A stretch of 64,000 bases of DNA from Octopus vulgaris. Its lineage: Eukaryota. How positions within the stretch are numbered: position 1 is the first letter of the stretch; every line of letters starts with the position of its first letter. Shown here one piece after another: positions 1 to 13,715 of the stretch. A program made the position numbers and the translations under genes. Below the pieces are notes generated by a model. That model searched no databases. It was not told the origin of the DNA and saw nothing but the letters and a program-made list of their open reading frames with translations. The stretch spans positions 39,246,001 through 39,310,000 of the forward strand of contig OX597824.1 in assembly GCA_951406725.2 (NCBI GenBank), written 5' to 3'.

Positions 1-362
1 GCATCTCTGATCACGAGCAGAAGTAGTGGGGGAGCATTATAGCTATGTGCTGAGAGGGGTTCTTTGGGGTTTGAATAGTTCACCTCTGGAAACATGGGTG
101 GTTCTTTCAACATCCTTAAACAACCCTTATTCAGGGACCGTTTGAGCGGGATGGGCTACTCAACCTGAAGAAAATTCTAACTGGACCCCACCTGCAAGGT
201 CATGTGCTGTTTATCTTGATATGAGATCACTATGTCGCGCACATATGGTTGTGATGCATGTGCCTGGTGTACCTTTATCAGACGGGTAGTCATGATGGGT
301 ATATTGGGCTTCGTATATTTTACCCCAGTGTCACTTTGATGGCATGAACTGCTCTCTCACTC
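1..362 (+). mobile_element. Partial copy of a ~555-bp non-coding dispersed repeat ending in (TAA)n
   Basis: Near-identical in reverse complement to 39045-39407. Ends CTCTCTCACTC immediately before a (TAA)n tract. Confidence 0.8.
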
Positions 363-445
<83 letters not shown>

Positions 446-489
446 TAATAATAATGATAATAATAATAGTAATAATAATAATGGTCATA

Positions 490-911
490 AAAGATAGGCT
501 ACCGCAAATATTCTGCCCAATACCAAAGATCTACTTGTCAGTTGTTTAACCATAACTAGTTGAGTTTGTCCCTTAGTGGCTGACAATATGTGGATCTCTG
601 ATAACGAGTAAAAGTAATGGGGAAGCATCATAGTCATATGTTAAAAGAAATTCTTTGAGGTTTGGATAACTCACCACTGGAAACATGAATGTTTTGTCCA
701 AAATCCTTAAAGAACCCTTATTCAGAAAGCTTTTGAGCGGGATGGGCTACTCAACCCGAAGAAAATTGTAACTGGGCCACACCTGCGCACATATGGTCGT
801 GATGCATGTTCCTGGTGTACCCTTCTCAGACGGGTGGTCATGATGGGTATACTGGGCTTCGTATATTTATACCCCAGTGTCACTTTAATGGCATGCACTG
901 CTCTCTCACTC
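490..911 (+). mobile_element. Second, more diverged and internally deleted copy of the same repeat
   Basis: Co-linear with 1-362 and 39045-39600. Flanked by (TAA)n/(CAA)n on both sides. Confidence 0.8.
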
Positions 912-1001
912 GATAACAACAACAACAACAACAACAACAACAATAATAATAATAATAATGATAATAATAATAATAATAATAATAATAATAGTAGTAGTAG
1001 A

Positions 1002-1358
<357 letters not shown>

Positions 1359-1782
1359 AAGAAGAAGAAGAAGAGTCATTATCATCATTATCAACATTCT
1401 CATCATTATCATGATCATCATCTCCGCAAATAATTGAAAATTTTATAGAAATAGAAATATCGTGTTGTGCCCTTGAGTACAAATGATAACATATTTAGAA
1501 ATGACTTTTAGAATCAAGCAATATGCAATATAAATGAAACGCATAAAGAGTACTGGAATAATGACAGTGCTTAATGATGAGAATGTAAAGTCATTATCAT
1601 CTCAAAATCCAGGAATATAGAAAAGCGGCATAACCAAAAGTATGTGAATAAAGAAAGCATTTGTAAAATACGTATTTTAGCAAATCCAAATATAACGCAG
1701 TAAACATCATAATAACAACTTTAATTAGTTATGGAGTTGGAATTACTTATGATAAAAAAATGATGAGCTGAAGGATGGTGTA

Positions 1783-2029
1783 CTCTTTACTCTTTTACTT
1801 GTTTCAGTCAGGTGACTGTGGTCATGCTGGAGCGCCGCCTTTAGTCGAGCAAATCGACCCCAGGACTTATTCTTTGGAAACCTAGTACTTATTCTATCGA
1901 GCCTTTTGCCGAACTGTTAAGTTACGGGGACGTAAACACACCTGCATCGGGTGTCAAGCGATGTTGGGGGACAAACACAGACACATAAACATATACACAC
2001 GCATACATACATACATACATATATATATG

Positions 2030-2078
<49 letters not shown>

Positions 2079-2229
2079 GTATATATACATATATACGACG
2101 GGATTCTTTTCAGTTTCCGTCTACCAAATCCACTCACAAGGCTTTGGTCGGCCCGAGGCTATAGTAAAAGACGCTTGGCTAAGGTGCCATGCAGTGGGAC
2201 TGCACCCGGAACTATGTGGCTCGTAAGCA
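1783..2229 (-). mobile_element. tRNA-headed SINE (family A) with internal (TA/CA)n tract and LINE-like 3' tail
   Basis: Minus-strand head GGCTGTGTGGTAAG...GGGTGCAGTCCC (A/B-box-like). Homologous to 3895-4430, 43389-43812 and 48857-49503. Confidence 0.85.
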
Positions 2230-2581
2230 AGCTACTTACCACACAGCCCTGGTGACATCTCCTAATATACAAAAGTGTGTATCCCCAATTTACAGTGGGA
2301 CGATTATACTGGAAAAGAGCAGAAGGAGGAAGAGCTTTAATGAACGTCGAAGAGTTACCTCAACTAGTGAAAATTAATGCATCTTTATCGAGAACCAAAT
2401 AGACACAATAGGTGCAGTGGTGGTTGTGTGGTAAGAGGCTTGGTCCCCAACTACTTTGTTTCAAGTTCAATCCTACTGCCTGGCACCCTCTAGGATTGGC
2501 CCGGCCCGACCAAGGTCTTATGAGTAGATTTGATAGAAGGAAATCGAAAGAGGCCCGTCGTGTGCGTGAGTATTCCAAAAA

Positions 2582-2808
2582 TAGATATATTAATATTTTT
2601 AAGTATCTCTAAAGGATGTTCGAAGGTTATAATGGACACAGATTCGTGTGTCACATAGCTAGCTAGAGTTGATGGCCTCTTGTAGCTAATCAATGGCAGC
2701 ATTCGTCCTATATTTCTGGACTGCCAAATTAGCTTGTCGATAACTATTAATATCCAGTACCGCTGCCGTAGTCTCCGTTAGAGAGACTTAGAAATATTAA
2801 TATTTCTA
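2582..2808. mobile_element. MITE with ~35-bp terminal inverted repeats
   Basis: TAGATATATTAATATTTTTAAGTATCTCTAAAGGA matches the reverse complement of TCCGTTAGAGAGACTTAGAAATATTAATATTTCTA with few mismatches. Confidence 0.75.
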
Positions 2809-3139
2809 CATATATATGCATGTATATATGTTATATATCAAAATACAAGCATACATGCATACATCTATATAGACATTAATATAGCCATATACATTCGTAC
2901 ATATACATGCATATGCTTATATATAGACAACACATCAAACAATCACAATTATATTTTGAGATTAGTATCTAAAGTACAGTTCACTTTTATAATATGATAT
3001 ATTTCAACATTTCACTGAACGTTATAATACATTTCTGAATGACTGATGAGCATTATTAAGAAACATAGAAATCCATTCTCTCACCTTACCGTAATAACAC
3101 TTACAGAAATAATGCACAGAGTATAAAACGAGGGCAGAC

Positions 3140-3890
3140 CTTTCATTTCTTTCGTTTTCCTGTCTTTCTTTCATTCTTCCTTTCTTTCTGTCTTTCTTTC
3201 TTTCTTTCATTCTTCCTTCCTTTCTTTCTTCCTTTCTTTCTTTCTTTCTTCTTTTCTTACTTTACTTCATTGCTTTCTTTTCTTCATTCTTTCTTTCTTT
3301 ACTTTTTCATTTCTTTCATTCTTTCTTTCCTTCTTTACTTCTGCATTTCTTTCATTCTTTCGTTCTTCCTTTCTGTCTTTCTTTACTACTCCATTTCTTT
3401 CATGCTTTCTTTCTTTCTTTCTGTCTTTCTTTCTTTCATTCTTCCTTCCTTTCTTTCTTCCTTTTTTCTTTCTTCCTTTCTTTCATTACTTCTTCATTTC
3501 TTTCCTTCCTTCTTTCTTTCTCTACATCTTCATTTCTTTCATTCTTTCTTTCCTTCTTTACTTCTTCATTTCTTTCATTCTTTCGTTCTTCCTTTCTGTC
3601 TTTCTTTACTACTCCATTTCTTTCATGCTTTCTTTCTTTCTTTACTTCTACATTTCTCTCATTCTTTCTTTCTTTATTCCTTCATTTCTTTTCTTCTCTC
3701 TTTTCTTCTTTACTTCTTCATTTCTTTCATTCTTTCGTTCTTTATTTATTTGCTCCTTCATTTCTGTCATTCTTTCTATTCTTCTTTACATCTTCATTTC
3801 TGTCATTCTTTCTGTTCTTCTTTACTTCTTCATTTCTTTCATTCTTTCTTTCTTCCTTTACTTCTTCATTTCTTTATTTGTATCTTCTAT
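3140..3890. repeat. Polypyrimidine (CTTT/CATT) low-complexity degenerate minisatellite
   Basis: Recurrent CTTTACTTCTTCATTTCTTTCATTCTTT motif; + strand is almost all C/T. Confidence 0.85.
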
Positions 3891-3894
3891 CATT

Positions 3895-4430
3895 TAGCTG
3901 TTACTAGTTTCAGTCTTTAGACTGTTGCCATGAAGGGGCGCCACTTAGAAAGGTTTGGTCAAATAAATCTACCCAAGTGCTGCTTGCTTTGTTATCGTTT
4001 CCTTTTGCCGAACCGCTGAAATTATGTGAATTAGAACAAACCAACGCCGATTTGTCAAGTACTGTTGGGGTAAAAACACAAACACAAAATCACATACACT
4101 TACACACATACAAATACACACACACACATACACACGTGGCCTGAACTCTTTACATGAACACCACCCTGTACTTAACTCCATGTCCCTCTACATAGCCTTG
4201 CTTTTTGCTTTTGAGCCAAAAAATTAACTAACTAACACACGCACACACACTCACACAAATGGCACACATATACGACGGGTTTCTTTCAGTTTCCGTTTAC
4301 CAAATTCACTCACAAGGCTTTTGTCGGTCCGGGGGCTATAGTAGAAGATATTTACTCTGTGTGCCTCGCAGTAGTACTGAACCTGAAACTACGTAGCTGG
4401 AAAGCAAAGTTCTTATCACATAACTACGCC
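3895..4430 (-). mobile_element. Diverged SINE family A copy
   Basis: Contains CGACGGGTTTCTTTCAGTTTCCGTTTACCAAATTCACTCACAAGGC and TTTTGCCGAACCGCT blocks shared with 1783-2229. Confidence 0.7.
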
Positions 4431-4915
4431 AGCACGAATTTGTTTACTTATTTATGTACATCCTTATTTTTGTATTGTCTTTTTTTTTCACAGCCATCAA
4501 CTAGTAATATCGGACGGTGATTTTTATGCCCGTTTGTTGGTCTCTCGAATTGAACGTAAATGTTATTTAAAACAATCAAATGATGACACAGAAGAACCAT
4601 CTATGGAAGACTCATGATATATATATGATATAATATCGGACGGTGATGTTAATGCTCATCTGCCGCTTTTAATTTCGCCTCAGGTGTTCGCCTAAGTGTT
4701 CGTCTCAAACTGTTTCAGTTGTTCGATCAAGCTCATTCAAATTACTATTCATGTGACTAAGGGTTACTCAGACAAAAGTAGATATCGCACCAAACACACT
4801 TGTATAAAGTTATTCTCAGGTATAATTAATGAAATAAAGGAGTAACAAGGCTTGGTTACAATACGTGCATGTATATATGTACATACGCATGTATATATGT
4901 ACATATGCATGTATG

Positions 4916-5295
4916 TGGAGGTGCAATGGCCCCAGTGGTTAAGGCAGCGGACTCGCGGTCATGGTATCGTGATTTCGATTCCCAGACAGGGCGTTATGAG
5001 TGTTTATTGAACGAAAATACCTCAAGTTCCACGAGGCTCCGGTAGGAGATTGTGGCGAACCCTGCTGTACTTTTTCATCACAATTTGCTCTCACTCTATC
5101 TTACTGTTTCTGTTGTAGCTTTATTCCAAAGGATCTGCTTTGTCCCACTCTGTGTCACGCTCAATCTCCCCGAGAACCACGTTAAGGGTACGCGTGTCTG
5201 TGGAGTACTCAGCCACTTGCACATTAATGTCACAAGCGGGCTGTTCCGTTGATCGGATCAACTGGAAACTTCGTCGTCGTAAGCGACGGAGTGAC
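4916..5295 (+). mobile_element. tRNA-derived SINE (family B; possibly OR-type)
   Basis: Head TGGCCCCAGTGGTTAAGGCAGCGGACTCGCGGTC...TTCGATTCCC. Related heads at 42088, 47102 and 30935(-); body related to 58680-58985. Confidence 0.75.
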
Positions 5296-5392
5296 ACGTG
5301 TATGTATACACGCACTCACATAATGACACTTAGACATACACCTATGTTCATACATATATAACGTATGAATACATATATATATATATATATAT

Positions 5393-6991
5393 ATGTATTC
5401 GCATACATATATGTCTGTATGTATTATGTATGTATATATATGCATATTCCCGGAAATCTTCCAAAATGTATGTAAGAGAGTCCTAGCAAGACCACTGCAG
5501 TTCCTCTTTCAGAGCTTCCTTGCAGCTGGCAAACTTCCAAGAAAACTGAAGGAAGGTAAAATATGCCCTATTCATAAAGGAGGTAGCAGAGCGGAGGCCA
5601 AGAACTACAGACCTATCTCTCTGACCTCACACATCAGCAAGGTCATGGAACGAATAGTCAGAAGGAAACTGATCACCTTCCTTGAAGAAAATGACTTGCT
5701 GCCTGACACCCAACATGGTTTCCGACCAGGAAGAAGCTGCTTAACTCAGCTCCTACAACACTATGACTGGGTGCTGAAACGACTGCTCAACCACTCAAAT
5801 GTGGAAGTGATATATCTCGACTTTGCAAAGGCCTTTGATAAAGTCGATCATGGAATGATATGTCACAAACTGCGTGATCTTAGCATAGTTGGAAAACTGG
5901 GAGAATGGCTTCATGACTTTCTGAAAGATAGAAGTCAGGTGGTAGTAGCCAATGGGGCCACTTCCATTAACACGCAAATAGTGAGCGGTGTTCCGCAGGG
6001 CACTGTTTTGGGACCACTACTGTTCATAATGGCCCTCTCAGACATGCCCTCAGCCACGCAGAGAGCCACGATCACAAGTTATGCAGATGATACAAAAGTT
6101 TCACAGGCAATACAGAACCCTGAGGACACTAAACGCCTGCAATGTGAGCTGGACAAAATATACAAGTGGGCTGAAAAGAACAGCATGCAGTTCAATGCTG
6201 AAAAGTTTCAAGCTTTATGCTATCAGCATGCAAAACTAAATGCAATACCCAATGAATACACTGGACCCGGAGGAACTGCAATCCCAGAGGCACAATCAGT
6301 GCGTGACCTGGGTATTTACATGAGTGATGACGCAACCTTTCGTGTACATGTTGCTAAATTGGCAATGAAATGTAGACGACTGGCCGGATGGATTCTTAGA
6401 ACCTCTAGAACAAGAGAACAAGAAACCATGATGGTCCTCTGGAGGACACTTGTCCTAAGCCACTTTGACTATTGCTCTCAGCTATGGTCACCATCCAGTG
6501 TCAAGTTGATCACAGAACTTGAGGCGATCCAACGTAGCTACACGCAGAAGATAGCCTCTGTGCAGAATATAAACTACTGGGAAAGACTCAAGAGATTAAA
6601 ACTCTATTCCTTGGAGCGTAGGCGAGAAAGATATGCCATAATATACATCTGGAAGATCCTGGAAGGACTTGTCCCAAACTTTGGCATCGAGAGTTACACA
6701 AATGCCAGAACTGGACGCCACTGCGTGGTGCCAAGGACTCCAAATTTGCCATCAAGATGTAGGACAAGTTACTGTGATAGCCTGGGCTTCCGAGGCCCAC
6801 AGCTCTTCAATATCCTCCCGAAGAACCTAAGAGACCTGCATGGGGTGGATGCAGATGTCTTTAAAATGAAACTGGATCTCTTCTTGTCAGGTATCCCAGA
6901 TGAACCAACTTCACGGCAGGAGGTGCAGATGAGGGAAGCTGCATCGAACTCTCTCATGCACCAAATGGCAGTTGCTAAAAAGCATTCGTGA
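5393..6991 (+). CDS. LINE ORF2 reverse transcriptase fragment (first ~18 codons come from flanking microsatellite)
   Basis: Uninterrupted 532-codon ORF with non-LTR RT motifs. Confidence 0.85.
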   Translation: MYSHTYMSVCIMYVYICIFPEIFQNVCKRVLARPLQFLFQSFLAAGKLPRKLKEGKICPIHKGGSRAEAKNYRPISLTSHISKVMERIVRRKLITFLEENDLLPDTQHGFRPGRSCLTQLLQHYDWVLKRLLNHSNVEVIYLDFAKAFDKVDHGMICHKLRDLSIVGKLGEWLHDFLKDRSQVVVANGATSINTQIVSGVPQGTVLGPLLFIMALSDMPSATQRATITSYADDTKVSQAIQNPEDTKRLQCELDKIYKWAEKNSMQFNAEKFQALCYQHAKLNAIPNEYTGPGGTAIPEAQSVRDLGIYMSDDATFRVHVAKLAMKCRRLAGWILRTSRTREQETMMVLWRTLVLSHFDYCSQLWSPSSVKLITELEAIQRSYTQKIASVQNINYWERLKRLKLYSLERRRERYAIIYIWKILEGLVPNFGIESYTNARTGRHCVVPRTPNLPSRCRTSYCDSLGFRGPQLFNILPKNLRDLHGVDADVFKMKLDLFLSGIPDEPTSRQEVQMREAASNSLMHQMAVAKKHS

Positions 6992-7072
6992 AGTAAAACC
7001 ATGTAGCAACACCAAATGGCGGTGCCCCAGCATGGCCACAGCTCGTGAGCTGAAACTAGAATCAATCAATCA
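5448..7072 (+). mobile_element. 5'-truncated CR1/L2-group LINE with intact RT half, short 3'UTR and (ATCA)n tail
   Basis: RT motifs NYRPISLTS, QHGFR, YLDFAKAFDKV, GVPQGTVLGPLLF and YADD; C-terminal LYSLERRRER; tail AATCAATCAATCA at 7060-7072. No endonuclease domain, consistent with truncation. Confidence 0.93.
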
Positions 7073-7168
7073 TATATATATATGTGTATATGAGAGACAA
7101 AGAGACAGTCAGACAGATAGACAGACAGACAGACAGACACACAGACACACAGACATACATACAGACAG

Positions 7169-7209
<41 letters not shown>

Positions 7210-7706
7210 CAAACATAAATACATACATACATACATGCACACATACATACCTACATATAATACTCACTCATATACACATAGTTTTGTCAAATCTATTCCC
7301 CTGATCATTCCATCTTAATGTCTGTCCCAGTTTTTATTTTACCGTCCCTGAGAATCACCTCAGTCATCATGTGTGTCCACCTGTCGTCAAACTCGACACT
7401 AATTGCACACATTTCATCAAAAGTGAAAATCTGGTATGTTGATGAGGAATCTCTAGGTCACGCATCTGACAGTGGTCAAAACGTAAGTAAATATCGAACC
7501 GAAGAATGAATTATAGAATTATTATGTTTACAAATAGGAACCATATTTGTAAATTGAATCATGACAAACAGACCCCCCCACTCACAAACATATATACATC
7601 TGAGTGTTTGTATACATACATATATACCAATCTAAATATGTATACATATATACAAATGTAAATATAGACAGATAGGTATAGATATATATGTCGGTGGATA
7701 TTTATG

Positions 7707-7746
<40 letters not shown>

Positions 7747-7949
7747 GTGTACTTAAATATCCATGCGTATATCTACCTATCTATCTATTTAGCTATATAT
7801 AGCTTTAGAATAACAGAAATACATACGCAAATATTACATTCCAAAGAATCCATTACAAATCAGCCCCAATCACAGCTATAATCCATAACGTGCCACCTTC
7901 AAGTCATACAACACCTCACTACTTCCACTCATTCATGTTCTCCCTTCTC

Positions 7950-8165
7950 TTTTTTCTTCTTCTTCCTCTACTTCTTCATCATCATCATTATCATCATCAT
8001 CATCATCGTCATCATCATCATCACCATCATCATCATCTTCTTCTTCTCCTTCTCCTTCTCCTTCTCCTTCTTCTTCTTCTTCTTCTTCTTCTTCTTCTTC
8101 TTCTTCTTCATCATCATCATCATCAACATCGTCATCTTCTTCTTCTTCTTCTTCTTCTTCTTCTG
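7950..8165. repeat. Compound (CTT)n/(CAT)n microsatellite
   Basis: Directly visible trinucleotide runs. Confidence 0.95.
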
Positions 8166-8601
8166 CTCCACCCTCTACCTCTTAACTTTATCACTAATGC
8201 TGTCTAGTATAACACCTACGCAAATTCCATAAACAAACCTTTCAATAGAAATATTCTCCTGAATTGAACTGCAACTGCTAGCCGTCACTGACCATTCAAA
8301 ATACGACAATCAAGGCACTCCCAAATTTTTCCACCCCCTCGCCTCATCAACCTTCTTCTTCTACCCTACCAAGAATTCACAACGACCTCGAACACACAAG
8401 TGCAAACAAGGGAGACAGAGAAAGGCAGAATGCCACTTATATTTGAACACTATACAAATATTCCTTTAAAAAAACTTTTCTTTTAATTTTTCTAAATTTA
8501 ATTATCTAATCGTTACAGTTGAAAAGGTCTCAAAATAACCGAAACCGGTACTGAAATGTTCTTTATAAAATTATTTTAGCATTTTCTATCTTGACTTGTT
8601 T

Positions 8602-8638
<37 letters not shown>

Positions 8639-8683
8639 TATATCTAAAGTAGGCATAAATCTATGTGGATATATATATTTATG

Positions 8684-8744
<61 letters not shown>

Positions 8745-9032
8745 TCATACATACGTACGTACATACATACATACATACATACCTACATACATGCATACAT
8801 ACATACATACATACATACATACATACATACATACATACGTACGTACGTGCATACGTACGTTCATACATACATACGCGCTTTACATTTTTTAATCAGCAGA
8901 AATTTAGAAAAGTTACTCAGCAAACATATCACTTGTAGTGATTTGCTTAGAGGTAAAAAGAACAATGTCCTTATAGTCACATATCTTTAATTTTTGTTCA
9001 TGAAACACAAAAAATGTATGTACACACACACG

Positions 9033-9098
<66 letters not shown>

Positions 9099-9728
9099 GA
9101 CATCTATATATATGTAAATATATATATATGTATATGTATGTATGCATGTATGTGTGTGTGTATGTATGTATGTATGCATGTATGTATGGATGGATAGATA
9201 GATGTATATATATGTATGTATGTTTGTATGTATATACATATGTAATTTGTCGTATTTTTCTCCTGTCTGCTTTACCAACACTACATTTTATGAATATATA
9301 TATATGTGTGTGTATGTATGTAAATATATATATACACACACATATATACGTACAAAGAAAATCATATCTTTTAGATCTCATCATATAAATCTTATAATCC
9401 GACAATTGTTTCAGTTTACTTATCATACACACACACATACACACACACGCATATATATTTATATAAATCTATATATAGGGGTAAAAATTAAATGTTGATT
9501 TTTACCAGTGTAAAAGTGCCCGTAGACTGTAAATATTATTATATCATATGTGTGTATGATTTTTATACACACCTGCAGGCACACACACGCACACACACAG
9601 AGACACACACAAACACATACACAGACACACGTGTATACGTGTATATATTTATATTTTTATTTACATATACATTATAAACACACATACAATTACATATACA
9701 CGCGTATATGTACACATACACACACACA

Positions 9729-9802
<74 letters not shown>

Positions 9803-10349
9803 TGATATCCTCGAAATTCTATGTTGCTACAACTGTATCAGGATTATCCAAAATTAATAATATTCCAACTGAACATCTGAAAACTTACTAGTTGATAAAC
9901 GCTAACAAAATGAACGACCAAATCGAATTCAGCCTAAGGCATTCTTTCATTCAACTACTGGTGACGTCATTGGATTTCGATTTTTTTTTCATGAAAATAC
10001 GATAAAATCAAAAATAAACATTTTAAGAAAAGTCATTCAACTCTTAGTGACTTCAGTGGAAGATGAAATTTTAAAAAATGAAAAAAAGACAAACAAGAAT
10101 TTTACATTATGAAAATTAGAAATCTACATAGAAAAAAATAATAACGTAAAAAGGACTATTTTTGTATACTTTTATTGGTGCCTGGATAACTGAAGAATAA
10201 AAACTAAAGATAAGAATTCTACGTTATGATTAACAGATACTTAGATACATTATGTCACAATAATTAGTTATCTATATACTCATTATATTAAAATTTTAAG
10301 AATTAACTTTACATAATAATTCAAAAATTATTATAATTAATAAATGAAA

Positions 10350-11270
10350 TATTGAAATATCTTTCTAAATTTATGGCAACATCTTAATGCAAAGTGTTCT
10401 TTGAAATTCAAGAAAATTTATTAAGTAATTATATAAACAGTTCTTCAAGGCAAATATCACATGTAGAATTAGTAATATTGTACGATGGGGCACAACTAAT
10501 AATGGACCACTTTAAATCATATTTAATGTCCTTAGCCTTTAAATCTCAAATGCATTTACTAAGATTTGTAGAATTACTTTTCTTCTATACTTAAAGGAAT
10601 TAGAAGGATTGTAAAACCTAAATTTCCGAATTGTAGCAGATGAGCCAATATGATAATACTTAGGATCTCACGTTATTACTTTCCATTGATATACTATATT
10701 TTTCCTTAAACACTGATTTACTAAGGGGCATAGAATTTTGTTTAGACAATTACACATGGAATTATTCACTTGTATTTGGCACTTAAAGTTAAATGAGTTT
10801 CCACTAATACTTCTCTGCAAATTAGGTGTTAAGATGGGATTATTATTATCATCATTATTGTTACAATTAATATTAACGTTAGGTAAAAGGCTAACTGTAT
10901 TATCAGAGTTGTGATTAGTTATAGAATCAAGACCTTGTTTAGAAAGAGTGGCATTAAATTTGATTTCACTATACACATTATCTGGTCCAGTTTTATTTAT
11001 AGATTTATTGTGTGCTGCAATAATCTCATCTAAATTCTAGTGGTTGTATACGAAAACTTTACACTATGTCTATCCAATAGTTCCCCATATTTACTTGATG
11101 GTAGGAAATACCTATGTAGAATTTACAGGTGATATTGTAAGCTATTGAATATGAGGATGGAGCATTATACCATATAATATTTGTTGATATATTCTTTCTA
11201 TTATTAATATAATTTTTATCAGTATCACCTTTATTAAAAGTGAATTTTTCCTATCGTAATTTTTATTCCT
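10350..11270 (-). pseudogene. Degenerate Penelope (Poseidon-type) linker and GIY-YIG endonuclease remnant
   Basis: Broken minus-strand frames give NIIWYNAP, HSVKFSYTTT, CPLVNQCLRKNIVYQ, YHIGSS, STNLSKCI*DLK, KWSIISCAPSY and CDICLEE. Confidence 0.75.
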
Positions 11271-11516
11271 AAATTTGATGCTGTTGCTGTTATTATTATT
11301 GTTACTATTATTATTATTATGATTGTTGTTGTTGTCATTTTTATTATCGTTAACATTCATACCAACCACATATTTCATGTCTATAGACTTATACCTATAC
11401 TTATTAGTAATATGTAATTCTTCCATACCTTGTTTATTGCCTATCACGTTTATATTATTGCCATATCTTTTATTTAGCTTAGTTTAAAAAGATTGTTTAA
11501 TGCATTTATTTCTTTC

Positions 11517-11664
11517 GAAGAAGAAGAAGAAGAAGAAGAAGAAGAAGAAGAAGAAGAAGAAGAAGAAGAAGAAGAAGAAGGAGGAGGAGAAGAAGAAGAA
11601 GAAGAAGAAGAAGAAGAAGAAGAAGAAGAAGAAGAAGAACAACAACAACAACAACAACAACAAC
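11517..11664. repeat. (GAA)n then (CAA)n microsatellite
   Basis: Directly visible. Confidence 0.95.
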
Positions 11665-11669
11665 ACCAT

Positions 11670-12000
11670 CAAGCAACATGTTCTCTGAACTGGAAAAACA
11701 ACGGGAAGAATGCGGTCTATAAGGATAATATTATAACACACGACAACATTAACCTTTACTTTGGATTATCCACAGATTTTAAAAGGAGTTGGTGCGCGCA
11801 TACAAGACACATCCGTGCAACAATATTTTCATAATACATATATGACTTAAAAGCAAAAATCAAATAGTATAGAGTATAGTCTATCGGCAGTGACTACTTT
11901 ACTTCTTTGTAGGGATCTGCTATACATTATAACGGATCTTTACAAAGGAGGTAAATGTCTTTACTGCCGATTACATTGTGTAATACGATTTTATTATTAT
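11670..12000 (+). pseudogene. Second degenerate Penelope GIY-YIG remnant, in opposite orientation
   Basis: CSLNWKNNGKNAVYKDNII...LYFGLSTDFKRSW...ATIFS*YIYDLK...YKGGKCLYC. Confidence 0.6.
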
Positions 12001-13387
12001 CATTGAATCTGTCTGAAATATAACGGAACATATGTCAGTTTCAAAATATTGATGTGCCGGTGAGAAAGCAAAGTTTGAAGGAAATAGAAGTCATTTCCTT
12101 TGATTTCTAAATAGAAGCAAATAGAAAATAACACTTACTGATAAGAGAAAAATGTTTTAAAATTTTGTTACACGGTGTTTTAATGAAGCATTGGAAAAAA
12201 TGTTCTTGTAGCAGAAAAGAGACAGTTGTTAACGATATATCCAGAAAGTCCAGGATATTTAAAGCACACGAGAAAACAAATATGGACGTTACTATCAATA
12301 AACACATCTTTTATTTATTTGTCTCTATACGTGTCTGACAAGCCATTTCTGAACATTCCCATTTTTTATAGCCTCTTACTGCCCATTACCTCTCTCTTTC
12401 TCACTGCACTTTCTTATTTTTCTTCCTCTATCCCTTGGGTGTATTCATGTATTCACTTTCATTTTATTATGTTTATATATTTTTGCTCATTCAGTTTATT
12501 ATTGTCCAGCTTTGTTTTTTCTTTTTCTTTAATTCTCCATTTCTTTAATTACAATCTTGTCTTATTTTCCCTCTTCTCCACTTCCTTTTTCTTCTTTTTC
12601 ACTTTCTCTCTTTTTCTCACACGTTATTATGTCTTTTAACTTTTCTTTCCGCTATTCTCTCATCATTTCTCTTATATTTTAGTCCCATTTTATCTCTCGC
12701 TCTTAATTGCTTTCTTCTCTACTTCCATCTCAAAATATTAATAAAATATCTCGCCTTCTATCCGGCTTTAATACATTTCTTCTCTGTAACACAATACAGT
12801 AAAGTGTTTCCTAATGCTCCCTTGTGGTTAAGCACCTAATTGCACTTAAACATCCAATGCAGAATTCCAAACAAACACTACGATGAAACGTACGTAGGAA
12901 CAAACACTATGAAAATGTGTTTATAGTAGCTTCGTCCTACATTTGTTCTATATAATTACTAGTAATACTACTAAATACTGTTGTTACTTAAACTCCCTCC
13001 TGGAAGCAGAATGAACGATGACATTTACGTGGATCATCTATTCGTACACAAAAGTGACACTATATATATGTATATATATATATATATATAATATGACATA
13101 ATATGATATAATATAAACAAGTTTTAGCTGAGTAAGGTGCTTAAACATACAGACTCAATAATACGTACATGCATACATACACGTCCGGCCTCTTTCAGTT
13201 TCCGTCTAGCAAATTCACTCACAAGGCATTGGTCGGTTCGAGGTTATAGAGGAAGGTTCCACGCAATGAGAATGAACCCGGAACCATGTGGTTGGGAAGC
13301 AAGCCTTCTTACCACACAGCCACTCCAACATATACATACATATACTGTTACATATATATGTGTGTGTGTGTGTGTATGCATATATAT

Positions 13388-13715
13388 GTCATTATTCAGT
13401 TTCATTTGAAGATTTCTTACCAACAGAGAAAGAATCGGCTTCTAACCTAGATCCAAGTTTTCTTCATTGGAACTTCAACAACACCAACATTGAATTTGTG
13501 TGTATTTGTCTATATGTGTAGTATTTGGAGTCAGTGCATATGCAGATTTGTATGTGTTGATTTATATTTGTATTACCGTGCATATAGCTGCATATCTAGA
13601 CATGCACATATATGTTTAAATGGTAAACTTCTGGAAAGTTTTACAGACCATTAGTGAAGGTCTGGATCTGCAATCTTCGAATCAGCTTTCTCCTTTCTGG
13701 TTTTGATATACTTGA
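13388..13715 (-). mobile_element. 3' end of the (CATA)n-associated R4-like element
   Basis: Homologous to 57245-57420 and 58090-58420; abuts (TATG)n at 13717. Confidence 0.7.

Noticed and set aside
3270-3920. 216-aa F/S/L-rich membrane-like ORF
   Set aside because: Artefact of the polypyrimidine tract.
11493-11834. Poly-E/poly-Q protein
   Set aside because: (GAA)n(CAA)n microsatellite fused to a decayed Penelope endonuclease fragment.
12860-12900. Functional hammerhead at GAAACGTACGTAG
   Set aside because: No CUGANGA or recognisable variant upstream; at most a relic.
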